DNA of 64,000 nt, from the NCBI GenBank assembly GCA_964246735.1, contig CAXTRI010000001.1, forward strand, positions 100,420 through 164,419. Reading direction: 5' to 3'. The notes beneath the pieces are model-generated. The model did not search any database. It saw only the letters and a list, made by a program, of their open reading frames with translations, and had not been told where the DNA came from. The stretch is from an uncultured Flavobacteriales bacterium. GTDB taxonomy: Bacteria > Bacteroidota > Bacteroidia > Flavobacteriales > Blattabacteriaceae. This document shows positions 39,559 to 48,889 of the stretch, piece by piece (the first letter of the stretch is position 1; every line of letters begins with the position of its first letter). A program made the position numbers and the translations under genes.

Positions 39559-40743
39559 TCAAGATATCATACCTGATCCAATCAGTTCTTTTTTTAAATA
39601 CCACGCAGCAAATTGACCTTCGGTTATAGCTTTCTGAGGCTTTTGAAAAGTTATATAAAGTCCTTTTTTTGCACGTTGTAATTTTACAGATTGGAAATCT
39701 TGTCTATATCTAATGCGACATTTTACGTTTAGTTCTTTTTCTTGAAACAAGGCTAAATCTTCTCTTATCCAGTGAATATCCTTTTCTTTTATAAAGAGTG
39801 CACTTTTATAAAGTCCTGGATGATTTTCTCCCATCCCGACAAACACTATATTATTATCAATATCTGTGTCTAGGATAAATAGACCTTCTGTATAGCCGCC
39901 TATTCTAATACCTTTACGTTGTCCTTTTGTAAATAAATGTGCCCCATAATGTTTCCCAATTACTTTACCAAAGTTATATTTTCTTCTTTTTCTAAAAATA
40001 GAAATAAACCCTTCTTCTTTATTATCAATTGGGATAATAGGCGATTGGTAAATAGGATCATCATAAGTTATTTCTATAATATCTCCCATTTTACATCTCA
40101 AATAAGTTTGTAAAAAGTCTGAAATGCGTACTTTTCCAACAAAGCAAAGTCCTTGTGAATCTTTTTTTTTAGAAGTAATCAAGCCAGCAAATTCTGCTTT
40201 TTTTCTTACTTGGTTTTTATTAAATTTCCCAATTGGAAATATGGACTTGGAAAGTTGTTCTTGATTTAGTTGACAGAGAAAGTAAGACTGATCTTTTTTT
40301 TTATCTGCTCCTTCTAACAATTGATAAGTTATGTAATTTCTTTTATTTTTTTTTTTACATATAGCATAGTGTCCCGTTGCAATAAAATCCGCCTCAAGAG
40401 AAATCGCTTGTTTTAGAAAAATATTGAACTTTATCTCCCGATTACATAAAACATCAGGATTAGGAGTTCTTCCTCTTAAATATTCATTAAACATGTAATC
40501 AACTATTATTTTTTTATATTCAATACTCATATCTATAATATGAAAAGGTAGATTTAACTTCTGACAAACTAACATTGCATCTATACTATCCTCTATCCAA
40601 TAGCATTTTTCATTTTCTCTATAATTTGGATAGTTCCAGTTTCTTAAAAATATACCAATTACTTCATAACCTTGGTCTTTTAGAATAATAGCAGCTACAC
40701 TAGAATCCACTCCACCTGATAAACCTAAAATTACTTTTCTCAT
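39559..40743 (-). CDS. mnmA: tRNA 2-thiouridine(34) synthase MnmA
   Basis: PP-loop '[15 protein letters not shown]', plus '[14 protein letters not shown]' and 'KDQSYFL'. Confidence 0.95.
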   Translation of the reverse strand: MRKVILGLSGGVDSSVAAIILKDQGYEVIGIFLRNWNYPNYRENEKCYWIEDSIDAMLVCQKLNLPFHIIDMSIEYKKIIVDYMFNEYLRGRTPNPDVLCNREIKFNIFLKQAISLEADFIATGHYAICKKKNKRNYITYQLLEGADKKKDQSYFLCQLNQEQLSKSIFPIGKFNKNQVRKKAEFAGLITSKKKDSQGLCFVGKVRISDFLQTYLRCKMGDIIEITYDDPIYQSPIIPIDNKEEGFISIFRKRRKYNFGKVIGKHYGAHLFTKGQRKGIRIGGYTEGLFILDTDIDNNIVFVGMGENHPGLYKSALFIKEKDIHWIREDLALFQEKELNVKCRIRYRQDFQSVKLQRAKKGLYITFQKPQKAITEGQFAAWYLKKELIGSGMIS

Positions 40744-41801
40744 GGTTTTGGTTTAAAATTTTCATCATTTTTAATTTTTTCAAAAATTTGTTTTATCTCC
40801 CTACTAACTTTTTTTGGAGTCCAGACAAAGATCTGAACTAATAGATCACCATTATTATAGTTATGGTTTTCAATATTACGAATTCCTTTTCCTTTTAGTC
40901 TAAAAATTTTACCAGAATCTACTCCACTTTCTATAAAAAGTCTGACTTTTTCATTATTTAAAGTAGGAATCTCTTTTGTTGTACCTAAAATAGCTTCCGG
41001 AATCGTAATGTATAGGTTATAATGAATATTAATTCCATCTCTCTTGAAAATCTCATGCGGAGATTCCTCAATTATTACGATTAAATCTCCAGGAGCTCCT
41101 TCAAAATGATCCCCTTCATTTCCTTTTCCTGATAATTTTAACTGCATGCCTTTTGTTATTCCTGGAGGAATAGAAATATTTACTAGCTCTTCTTCATGAA
41201 TCATTCCTTGTCTATTAGCTCCAGTAGGAATATTATCTACCATTTTTCCACTGCCATTACAGTTATTACAGGTAATCATTCTTTTAAATTTCCCAATAAC
41301 AGTATTTTTAATAGAAGAAGTTTTACCATTTCCATTGCACTGGATACAAGTTTTAAATCTTACACCCTTAGCTTTTTTCATTCGCTTAACTTTAACTTTC
41401 TTTTCTACTCCTCTAGAGACTTCTTCCAAAGAAAGTCTTATACGAATACGTAAATCACGTCCCTTAAAACTACGCCCTCCTGTAAAACTAAAACTTGAGA
41501 AAGCAGAGCCAAAAAATTCTCCAAAAATATCTCCTACATTCGTATAGCCAGTCCCTCTGTTTGAAGCATTTATTCCTCCTAATCCTTCATATCCAAATTT
41601 ATCATAAATATTTCTTTTTTCAGGAGAGTTTAGGACTTCATAAGCTTCAGCAGCTTCTTTAAATTTTTCTTCTGCAATTTTATTGCCTGGATTTTTGTCA
41701 GGATGATAGCGAATAGCTAATTTTCGATAGGCTTTCTTGATATCATCTGAAGATGCAGTTTTTGAGACTCCAAGTATACTATAATAATCTTTTTTTTTCA
41801 T
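40740..41801 (-). CDS. dnaJ: molecular chaperone DnaJ (only two CxxCxGxG motifs)
   Basis: J domain '[16 protein letters not shown]', G/F region, then 'CIQCNGNG' and 'CNNCNGSG'. It has a 4-nt overlap with mnmA. Confidence 0.93.
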   Translation of the reverse strand: MKKKDYYSILGVSKTASSDDIKKAYRKLAIRYHPDKNPGNKIAEEKFKEAAEAYEVLNSPEKRNIYDKFGYEGLGGINASNRGTGYTNVGDIFGEFFGSAFSSFSFTGGRSFKGRDLRIRIRLSLEEVSRGVEKKVKVKRMKKAKGVRFKTCIQCNGNGKTSSIKNTVIGKFKRMITCNNCNGSGKMVDNIPTGANRQGMIHEEELVNISIPPGITKGMQLKLSGKGNEGDHFEGAPGDLIVIIEESPHEIFKRDGINIHYNLYITIPEAILGTTKEIPTLNNEKVRLFIESGVDSGKIFRLKGKGIRNIENHNYNNGDLLVQIFVWTPKKVSREIKQIFEKIKNDENFKPKP

Positions 41802-41807
41802 AAATTT

Positions 41808-42296
41808 TTATTTTGCAACAATTACTTTTGCATGACGTATTACTTTATCGTATAGTATATAACCCATATCTACAATATCAATGATTTTACCTTTAAGGTC
41901 TTTTGAAGGAGCTGGAATTTGAGACAAAGCTTCATGAATATCTGTACTAAAATCATCTCCTTTCTTTGTTTTAATCTGCTTAATACCTTTCTTTTTAAGA
42001 AAACTAAAAAGTTTTTCGTATATCAAATTAATTCCGTAAATATAATTCCCGGTATTATCTTTTTTTATTTCTAATAAACAGCGGTCAAAATCATCAAGAA
42101 TAGGGAGTAATTCTACAATTACTTCTTGGTTGGCGAGTTTAACTAATTCAAATTTTTCTTTTTGTATACGCTTTTTATAATTTTCAAAATCTGAAAAAAG
42201 ACGTAAAAAATTTTTCTTTTGTTCTCCAATTTTTTTTCTAAAAAGCTCTCTCTCTAAAACGCTTTTTACACTTTCATTTTTATTATCTAAGTTCAT
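41808..42296 (-). CDS. grpE: nucleotide exchange factor GrpE
   Basis: 'FENYKKR', 'LLPILDDFDR', 'GYILYDKVIRHAKVIV'. It lies directly upstream of dnaJ. Confidence 0.9.
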   Translation of the reverse strand: MNLDNKNESVKSVLERELFRKKIGEQKKNFLRLFSDFENYKKRIQKEKFELVKLANQEVIVELLPILDDFDRCLLEIKKDNTGNYIYGINLIYEKLFSFLKKKGIKQIKTKKGDDFSTDIHEALSQIPAPSKDLKGKIIDIVDMGYILYDKVIRHAKVIVAK

Positions 42297-42336
42297 TTAT
42301 TAAATAATTAAGAAAAGGTAAATCCAAAGTTTTGCC

Positions 42337-42401
42337 TAATAGTCTTATTGTCATTCTGACATTTAATAGAATGAGTTTTGCTCCCTTCCTAAAGACTATT
42401 A
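42337..42401. promoter_or_regulatory. nested inverted repeats in the divergent grpE / lpdA spacer (function unknown)
   Basis: Outer arms TAATAGTCTT (42337-42346) and AAGACTATTA (42392-42401). Inner arms TCATTCT (42351-42357) and AGAATGA (42368-42374). Confidence 0.25.
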
Positions 42402-42431
42402 ACTTGTCTTTAATTATATAATATTTATTTT

Positions 42432-43823
42432 ATGTCTTTTGATTTAGTAATTATAGGATCGGGTCCTGGTGGTTATGTAGCTGCTATAAGAGCGGCTCAG
42501 CTAGGGTTTAAAACAGCAATAATAGAAAAAGAAAATTTAGGCGGTATTTGTTTAAATTGGGGGTGTATTCCTTCGAAAGCTCTATTAACTAGCGCCCAAA
42601 TATTTTCTACTTTAAAAAAAGCTTCATTATACGGGATAAAATCATCAGAAAATATTCAGCTAAATTTTAGTAGCATTATTGCTCGGAGTAGAGCAGTATC
42701 AGAAAAGATGAGTAAAGGTATTAATTTTCTAATGCAAAAAAATAGGATTACCGTTTTCTTTGGTAAAGCAGAATTAAAAGAAGGAAAAAAAATTAGGATT
42801 ATTACTACTGAAGGAAAAGAGATGGAGTATAAAGCATATTTCATTATTATCGCTACAGGAGCAAGTTCAAAATATATACAGAATATTCATCAAGATGGAA
42901 AGAAAGTTATAGGATATAGAGAGGCTCTTACTCTTTCTTCACTTCCTAAAAGGATGGTAATAATTGGATCAGGAGCTATTGGTGTAGAGTTCGCTTTCTT
43001 TTATAATGCGATGGGCGTTCAAGTCAGTTTGATAGAAACTATGAATCGAATTGTGCCACTTGAAGATATTGATATATCCAAAGAATTAGAAAGCGCCTTT
43101 AAAAAACAAGGAATAAAAATATTTACTTCTTCTTGTATCGACGAAGTAAATATCTCAAAAACAGGAGTTCATCTATCTATTAAAGACTCTAAAACAAAAT
43201 ATAAGATAGAAGCGGATATTGCTCTATCCGCTGTTGGTGTAACCCCTAATATAGAAAATTTAGGATTAGAGATAGTAGGAATTCCTTTAGAAAAAGGACG
43301 AATTTTAGTTGATGATTTTTATCGTACGCCTGTTGAAGGATATTTTGCAATAGGCGATTTAGTTGATGGTCCTTCTTTAGCACATATAGCTTCTGCAGAA
43401 GCTATTATTTGTGTAGATAATATAAAAGGACTGAATCCTTCTCCATTAGATTATAGAAATATTCCTAGTTGCATTTATTGTATACCTGAAATTTCTTCTG
43501 TAGGGCTTACTGAGGAAAAAGCTATAAAAAAGGGTTATAAAATTAAAGTTGGTAAATTTATTTTTTCTGCATTAGGAAAGGCAAATGCTAATGGAGAGAA
43601 AGAAGGCTTTATTAAAGTTATTTTCGATGCTAATTATGGAGAATGGCTAGGATGTCATATGATAGGAAAAGGCGTCACTGAAATGATAATGGAAGCAGTA
43701 GTTGCTCGTAAACTTGAAACGACTGCTCATGATATTTTAAATACTATACACCCTCATCCAACTTTAAGCGAAGGTGTAATTGAAGCTATAGCCAACGCTT
43801 ATGGAAAATGCATTCATTTATAA
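42432..43823 (+). CDS. lpdA: dihydrolipoyl dehydrogenase (E3)
   Basis: 'VIIGSGPGGYVAAIRAAQLG', the redox-active 'GGICLNWGCIPSK', and the C-terminal 'HPHPTLSE'. Confidence 0.95.
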   Translation: MSFDLVIIGSGPGGYVAAIRAAQLGFKTAIIEKENLGGICLNWGCIPSKALLTSAQIFSTLKKASLYGIKSSENIQLNFSSIIARSRAVSEKMSKGINFLMQKNRITVFFGKAELKEGKKIRIITTEGKEMEYKAYFIIIATGASSKYIQNIHQDGKKVIGYREALTLSSLPKRMVIIGSGAIGVEFAFFYNAMGVQVSLIETMNRIVPLEDIDISKELESAFKKQGIKIFTSSCIDEVNISKTGVHLSIKDSKTKYKIEADIALSAVGVTPNIENLGLEIVGIPLEKGRILVDDFYRTPVEGYFAIGDLVDGPSLAHIASAEAIICVDNIKGLNPSPLDYRNIPSCIYCIPEISSVGLTEEKAIKKGYKIKVGKFIFSALGKANANGEKEGFIKVIFDANYGEWLGCHMIGKGVTEMIMEAVVARKLETTAHDILNTIHPHPTLSEGVIEAIANAYGKCIHL

Positions 43824-43850
43824 TCTTTACGTAAAGATTATATCACACCT

Positions 43851-44837
43851 ATGACTTTTGAAAGTTTTATAGATAAAGTAAGTATTTTTTGTAGAAGTGG
43901 AGATGGTGGAAATGGGATCGTACATTTTAGACGTGAAAAATTTGTTTATAAAGGTGGCCCTGATGGAGGTGATGGAGGTGATGGAGGAAGCATTTTCTTA
44001 CGTGGAGATTCTAATATAGGGACTTTATTACACTTCAGATATAATAAAAACTATAAAGCTAAAAATGGGTTAACAGGACAAAAATCGCGAAAAAGGGGGG
44101 CTTCAGGAAAAAAACTTATATTAAACGTTCCAATAGGAACCATCGCTAAAGATCAACAAGGAAATATATTATGTGAAATTTTGCATAATAAACAAGAAAG
44201 CATACTAATTCCAGGAGGTAAAGGTGGCTTAGGAAATTGGCATTATAGTTCTTCTATTAAAAGAACACCTCTATATTCCCAATTTGGCTTACAAGGAATA
44301 GAACTCTGGGTTAATTTAGAGTTAAAAATATTAGCTGATGTCGGATTAGTTGGTAGACCAAATTCAGGTAAATCCACTTTACTTTCAGTCCTTTCAGCAG
44401 CTAAACCCAAAATTGGAAATTATGCTTTTACGACTATAACTCCAAACATAGGTTTAGTAAAATATAAAGAGGAAAAATCTTTTATTATTTCAGATATTCC
44501 AGGTATAATAAAAGGAGCAAGTAAAGGAAAAGGGCTTGGTTTACGGTTTTTACAACATATCGAACGTAATAGAATTTTATTATTTTTAATTGCTGCTAAC
44601 GAAAATAATTTTCTCCATAACTATAAAACTCTGTTACAAGAACTTTCTTATTACAGACAAAATCTTTTAGAGAAAGATCGTTTGTTAGCAATTTCCAAAT
44701 ATGATTTGATTGAAGAAAATATGAAAAATAACCTTCACCTTCCACATAATATAGAAATATATTACGTTTCTTCTCATTATTTAAAAGGTCTAAAATCCTT
44801 AAAAATGTCGGTATCGAATATACTAAAAAATAGTTAA
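43851..44837 (+). CDS. obgE: GTPase Obg/CgtA
   Basis: Glycine-rich Obg fold 'GGPDGGDGGDGGS' and the G domain 'GRPNSGKSTLL'. Confidence 0.93.
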   Translation: MTFESFIDKVSIFCRSGDGGNGIVHFRREKFVYKGGPDGGDGGDGGSIFLRGDSNIGTLLHFRYNKNYKAKNGLTGQKSRKRGASGKKLILNVPIGTIAKDQQGNILCEILHNKQESILIPGGKGGLGNWHYSSSIKRTPLYSQFGLQGIELWVNLELKILADVGLVGRPNSGKSTLLSVLSAAKPKIGNYAFTTITPNIGLVKYKEEKSFIISDIPGIIKGASKGKGLGLRFLQHIERNRILLFLIAANENNFLHNYKTLLQELSYYRQNLLEKDRLLAISKYDLIEENMKNNLHLPHNIEIYYVSSHYLKGLKSLKMSVSNILKNS

Positions 44838-44859
44838 GGTGTGGAGATAAGAGTTTTAG

Positions 44860-44933
44860 TGACCTGGCTGGAATTCGAACCCAGGACCCTTACATTAAAA
44901 GTGTAATGCTCTGCCAAACTGAGCTACCAGGTC
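44860..44933 (-). tRNA. tRNA-Lys (anticodon TTT)
   Basis: Reverse complement: acceptor GACCTGG/CCAGGTC, anticodon loop CTTTTAA, T-loop TTCGAAT. Confidence 0.92.
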
Positions 44934-44938
44934 GTAAT

Positions 44939-45490
44939 ATGGATATTATTTTAATAGGATATATGGGTAGTGGTAAGACCACTGTCGGTCAGTTATTATC
45001 TTTCTCTTTAGGAGAAAAATATTACGATTTAGATGATCTAATTATTACTTGGAAAAAACAAGATATACATAATATCTTCGTAAAAAACGGTGAAAATTAT
45101 TTTAGAATAATTGAAACGAATGTTTTACTTTTTTTTAAAAGTATAAAAAAAAAAATTGTTATATCGACTGGAGGAGGGAGTCCTTGTTTTAGAAAGAATA
45201 TTTCTTTGTTTAAGAGGTTAGGAATAACCTTTTATTTACATCTAAGTTCAAAAGAAATTTTTAAACGTATTCGTTTTCAAAAATATAAACGCCCACTTAT
45301 TTCTTCATTATCAGATGAAAAACTTCTTTATTTTATCCATAAACATCTTTCAAATCGTTTTAAAAATTACAATAAATCTAATTATAAATTAGAAATAGTA
45401 AATCGCTTTCCTGAAGATATTGCTTTTTCTATTCATAAAAAATTATCTATTATTTCTTATAAAAATGGATTTATTAAGCCGTTTAAATAA
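44939..45490 (+). CDS. aroK: shikimate kinase
   Basis: Walker A 'GYMGSGKTTVG' immediately after the ATG at 44939. The longer ORF-track start (44906) lies inside tRNA-Lys. Confidence 0.88.
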   Translation: MDIILIGYMGSGKTTVGQLLSFSLGEKYYDLDDLIITWKKQDIHNIFVKNGENYFRIIETNVLLFFKSIKKKIVISTGGGSPCFRKNISLFKRLGITFYLHLSSKEIFKRIRFQKYKRPLISSLSDEKLLYFIHKHLSNRFKNYNKSNYKLEIVNRFPEDIAFSIHKKLSIISYKNGFIKPFK

Positions 45491-46697
45491 ACTTTTTTCT
45501 TTAAGAAAACATATTTTAATTGCTGTAAGTGGTGGATTAGATAGTATGGTTTTGCTAGAAATATTAAAATACACTAAACTATATATTAGTGTAGTGCATG
45601 CAAATTTTCAATTGAGAAATAGTGACTCAAAGGAAGATGAATGTTTTATTAAAGATTTTTGTAACCATCAAAAAATTCCTTTTTATACTAGAAAGTTTAA
45701 AACTAAAGCCTATAGTATAGAAAAAAAAAAATCTATACAAATGACTGCACGTAATTTGCGTTATGGTTGGTTTTTTAGAATATTAAAAGATATAGACGCT
45801 AGTTATATTATTTTAGGTCATCATTTTAATGATGCATTAGAAACTTTTTTTATGAATTTATTTCGTTCTTCTAATTTAAAAGGATTAGGAAGTATTCAAG
45901 ATAACTCTAAATATTTATTGCGACCTTTATTACCATTCACTAAAACAAAAATATTGCAATATGCTAAAAATAATAATATTTGGTGGAGAGAAGATACAAG
46001 TAATCAATGTTTTAAATATTTTAGAAATATAATTCGTAATGATCTTATCACTAATTATTTTGATTTGAATTCTAAAACTATGTTCTTTGTAAAAAATGAT
46101 TACATATTTATACAACAAACAAATAGTATTATTTTTAAAATAATAACGATAACTTTTGTGAAGTATCCTTTTTTTTGGGAAATAAATACAAGGATTTTAA
46201 AAAAAATAAGACCACTTAATCTCTTTTTATATAGATTGTTTTTCCCCTATGGTTTTTATAATATTTTTGATATAAATAGATTGTTACAGACTTCAAGTGG
46301 AAAACATATTTATTCTAAAAAATATAAATTATTACACAATAGAAGAAGTTTAGTAGTTAATTTTCAACAGAAAAGGAATAAAATTTCTCGTTTTAAACTT
46401 TACCTTGAAGTGAATGATTTTATGGATCAAAAGGCTCTGATATCTATGGATTATACCGTAATTTCTTGGCCTCTTTACTTAAGAAATTGGAAAAAAGGAG
46501 ATCTTATTTTTTCTCTCTTAAAAAGAAGTAAAAGAAGAAGGAAACTATTTAAAGAGTTTAAATTAAGTCTCTTTGAAAAAGATGAGCTCTTCATTCTTTT
46601 CAATGCTGAGAATAAAATAATTTGGATAGTTAACTTGGTTATAAGTTTTTTATTTAAAATTACATTAAAAACTTATATGATATTAAACATTTTTTAA
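45465..46697 (+). CDS. tilS: tRNA(Ile)-lysidine synthase
   Basis: PP-loop 'ILIAVSGGLDSMVL' close to the ATG at 45465, and 'GHHFNDALETF'. It overlaps the aroK 3' end by 26 nt. Confidence 0.88.
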   Translation: MDLLSRLNKLFSLRKHILIAVSGGLDSMVLLEILKYTKLYISVVHANFQLRNSDSKEDECFIKDFCNHQKIPFYTRKFKTKAYSIEKKKSIQMTARNLRYGWFFRILKDIDASYIILGHHFNDALETFFMNLFRSSNLKGLGSIQDNSKYLLRPLLPFTKTKILQYAKNNNIWWREDTSNQCFKYFRNIIRNDLITNYFDLNSKTMFFVKNDYIFIQQTNSIIFKIITITFVKYPFFWEINTRILKKIRPLNLFLYRLFFPYGFYNIFDINRLLQTSSGKHIYSKKYKLLHNRRSLVVNFQQKRNKISRFKLYLEVNDFMDQKALISMDYTVISWPLYLRNWKKGDLIFSLLKRSKRRRKLFKEFKLSLFEKDELFILFNAENKIIWIVNLVISFLFKITLKTYMILNIF

Positions 46698-46750
46698 AGA
46701 AAAAACAATATGAAGTACACAATATTTTTTTATATATTTTAAGTAAAAAA

Positions 46751-47725
46751 ATGAAAGAAATAACAAAGAATACTTATTTTAAATGGTATTATAATATGGT
46801 TTATTGGAGAAAATTCGAAGATAAGTGTCGTTCTTTATATATTAAACAAAAAATAAGAGGATTTTTACATCTATATTCTGGACAAGAAGCAATACCAGCA
46901 GGAATCTCTTATGTCATGGATTTGAGCAAAGATAGTATGATTACAGGATACCGTTGTCATATATTACCAATATCAATTGGAGTAGATCCTAAAAAAATAA
47001 TGGCTGAATTATATGGAAAAATTACAGGGACTTCGTGTGGAATGGGTGGATCGATGCATATTTTTAGTAAAGAACATAGATTTTTTGGAGGACATGGAAT
47101 AGTTGCAGGGCAAATTCCATTAGGAAGTGGGATAGCTTTCGCAGATAAATTTTTTGATAGGAATGCAGTAACTTTTACCTTAATGGGAGACGGGGCAGTT
47201 CGTCAAGGGTCTCTACATGAAAGCTTCAATTTAGCTATTCTTTGGAAACTTCCAATAATTTTTATGTGCGAAAATAATTTATATGCTATGGGGACCTCTG
47301 TAAAAAGAAGTGCCAATTTGACAGATCTCTATAAAATAGGGAGATCTTATAACATACCATCTCGTCCTGTTGATGGGATGAATCCAGTAAAAATCGCTGG
47401 AGCTGCGGATGAAGCTTTAGAGAGAGCAAGATTAGGAAAAGGTCCAACGTTTTTAGAACTAAAAACGTATAGATTTAGAGGTCATTCTATGTCTGATGCT
47501 GAATCTTATCGAAATAAAGAAGAAATAGAAAAATATAAAAAAAATGATCCTATTTTAGTTGTAAAAAACCATTTATTAAATAATAAATGGGCTAATGAAG
47601 AAACATTTAAAGTAATAGAAGAAGAAGTTAAAAATAGTATAGAAGAATGTGTAGAATATGCAGAAAGATCTGATTTTCCACCAATAGATAATATGTATAA
47701 TATGGTCTATGATAAAACAATTTAA
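46751..47725 (+). CDS. pdhA: pyruvate dehydrogenase E1 component, alpha subunit
   Basis: TPP-binding region 'GDGAVRQGSLHESFNLAILWKLPIIFMCENNLYAMGT', plus 'YRFRGHSMSD'. Confidence 0.92.
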   Translation: MKEITKNTYFKWYYNMVYWRKFEDKCRSLYIKQKIRGFLHLYSGQEAIPAGISYVMDLSKDSMITGYRCHILPISIGVDPKKIMAELYGKITGTSCGMGGSMHIFSKEHRFFGGHGIVAGQIPLGSGIAFADKFFDRNAVTFTLMGDGAVRQGSLHESFNLAILWKLPIIFMCENNLYAMGTSVKRSANLTDLYKIGRSYNIPSRPVDGMNPVKIAGAADEALERARLGKGPTFLELKTYRFRGHSMSDAESYRNKEEIEKYKKNDPILVVKNHLLNNKWANEETFKVIEEEVKNSIEECVEYAERSDFPPIDNMYNMVYDKTI

Positions 47726-47734
47726 TTTATTAAA

Positions 47735-48889
47735 ATGGCAGAATTTATAACTATGCCCCGATTAAGCGATACAATGGAAGAGGGGACTGTAATAAAATGG
47801 CATAAAAAAGTTGGTGAAAAGATTTCTGAAGGAGATTTATTAGCTGAAATCGAAACTGATAAAGCTATTCAAGAGTTTGAATCAGATTCTAATGGTTTTC
47901 TAATATATATAGGAGTTCCAGAAGGGAAAAGCGCTAAAGTAGATAGTTTACTCGCTATTATAGGAGAAAGTACAAATTTAGATGTAAATAATTTACTGTC
48001 TCTAAAGAATGAAAAGAATAATGAAAAGAATAATGGAAAGTTATTTGTTTCTCCATTAGCCAAAATAATGGCAAAACAAAAGTCAATTTCTTTAGAAGAT
48101 ATTAAAGGAACAGGAACAAATGGACGAATTATAAAACGAGATATAGAAAAATATCAAATAGAAATTGATAAAAAAATGAATGCTTCTACTAAGAGTAATA
48201 GTTTAACTGCAAATGAAGTTATTAACTCGTCAATAAGAAAATTAATTGCAAAAAGATTATCTGAATCTAAATTCACTGCTCCTCACTATTACTTGATTAT
48301 TGAGGTTGATATGAAAAATTCTATTAAATCTAGAACAATCATCAATAAAAATTTAAAAGAAGAAGAAAAAATATCTTTTAATGATATTTTTATTAAAGCG
48401 GCTGCTTTATCCTTAAAAGATAATCCTATTATAAATTCTTCATGGACGAATGATAAAACCATCTATCATACTGGTATTCATATTGGAGTAGCCATAGCTG
48501 TAGAAGATGGTTTACTTGTCCCTGTAATTTTTGATGCAGATCAAAAATCTCTTCTACAAATTTCTTTAGAAGTTAAAGAAAAAGCTAGAAAAGCTAGAAA
48601 ACGCACGCTATCTAAAGAAGATCTAGAAGGAAGTACGTTTACAATTTCTAATTTAGGTATGTTTGGGATAGAAAGCTTCACTTCTATTATCAATCAACCA
48701 AATTCATGTATTCTTTCTGTTGGTGCAATATTGGAAAAACCTGTTATAATAGATGGGATAGTTGTTTCAGGAAATATTATGAAGCTAAGTTTAGCTTGCG
48801 ACCATCGTGTAATAGATGGTCAAGAAGGAAGTACGTTTCTACTAAGTATTAAAAAATATTTAGAAGATCCAATTCTTATGATAATTTAA
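47735..48889 (+). CDS. pdhC: dihydrolipoamide acetyltransferase (E2)
   Basis: Lipoyl domain 'AEIETDKA', an E3-binding domain ('[27 protein letters not shown]') and the catalytic 'DHRVIDG'. Confidence 0.92.
   Translation: MAEFITMPRLSDTMEEGTVIKWHKKVGEKISEGDLLAEIETDKAIQEFESDSNGFLIYIGVPEGKSAKVDSLLAIIGESTNLDVNNLLSLKNEKNNEKNNGKLFVSPLAKIMAKQKSISLEDIKGTGTNGRIIKRDIEKYQIEIDKKMNASTKSNSLTANEVINSSIRKLIAKRLSESKFTAPHYYLIIEVDMKNSIKSRTIINKNLKEEEKISFNDIFIKAAALSLKDNPIINSSWTNDKTIYHTGIHIGVAIAVEDGLLVPVIFDADQKSLLQISLEVKEKARKARKRTLSKEDLEGSTFTISNLGMFGIESFTSIINQPNSCILSVGAILEKPVIIDGIVVSGNIMKLSLACDHRVIDGQEGSTFLLSIKKYLEDPILMII

Noticed and set aside
42297-42431. CIRCE (HrcA operator) upstream of grpE
   Set aside because: The TTAGCACTC-N9-GAGTGCTAA consensus is not present. 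Only unrelated AT-rich palindromes occur there.
43962-43988. 9-nt repeat GATGGAGGT x3 in obg
   Set aside because: It encodes the normal glycine-rich 'GGDGGDGG' segment of the Obg fold, so it is expected family sequence.
44906-44938. N-terminal extensions offered by the ORF track for aroK (44906), leuS (14753), sufD (32099) and tilS (45420)
   Set aside because: The aroK extension lies inside tRNA-Lys. For the others, a downstream ATG gives the family-typical N-terminus and compact or overlapping gene junctions.
48011-48034. 12-nt repeat GAAAAGAATAAT x2 in the E2 gene
   Set aside because: It lies in the flexible linker between the lipoyl and E3-binding domains ('[12 protein letters not shown]'). 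This is ordinary low-complexity linker.
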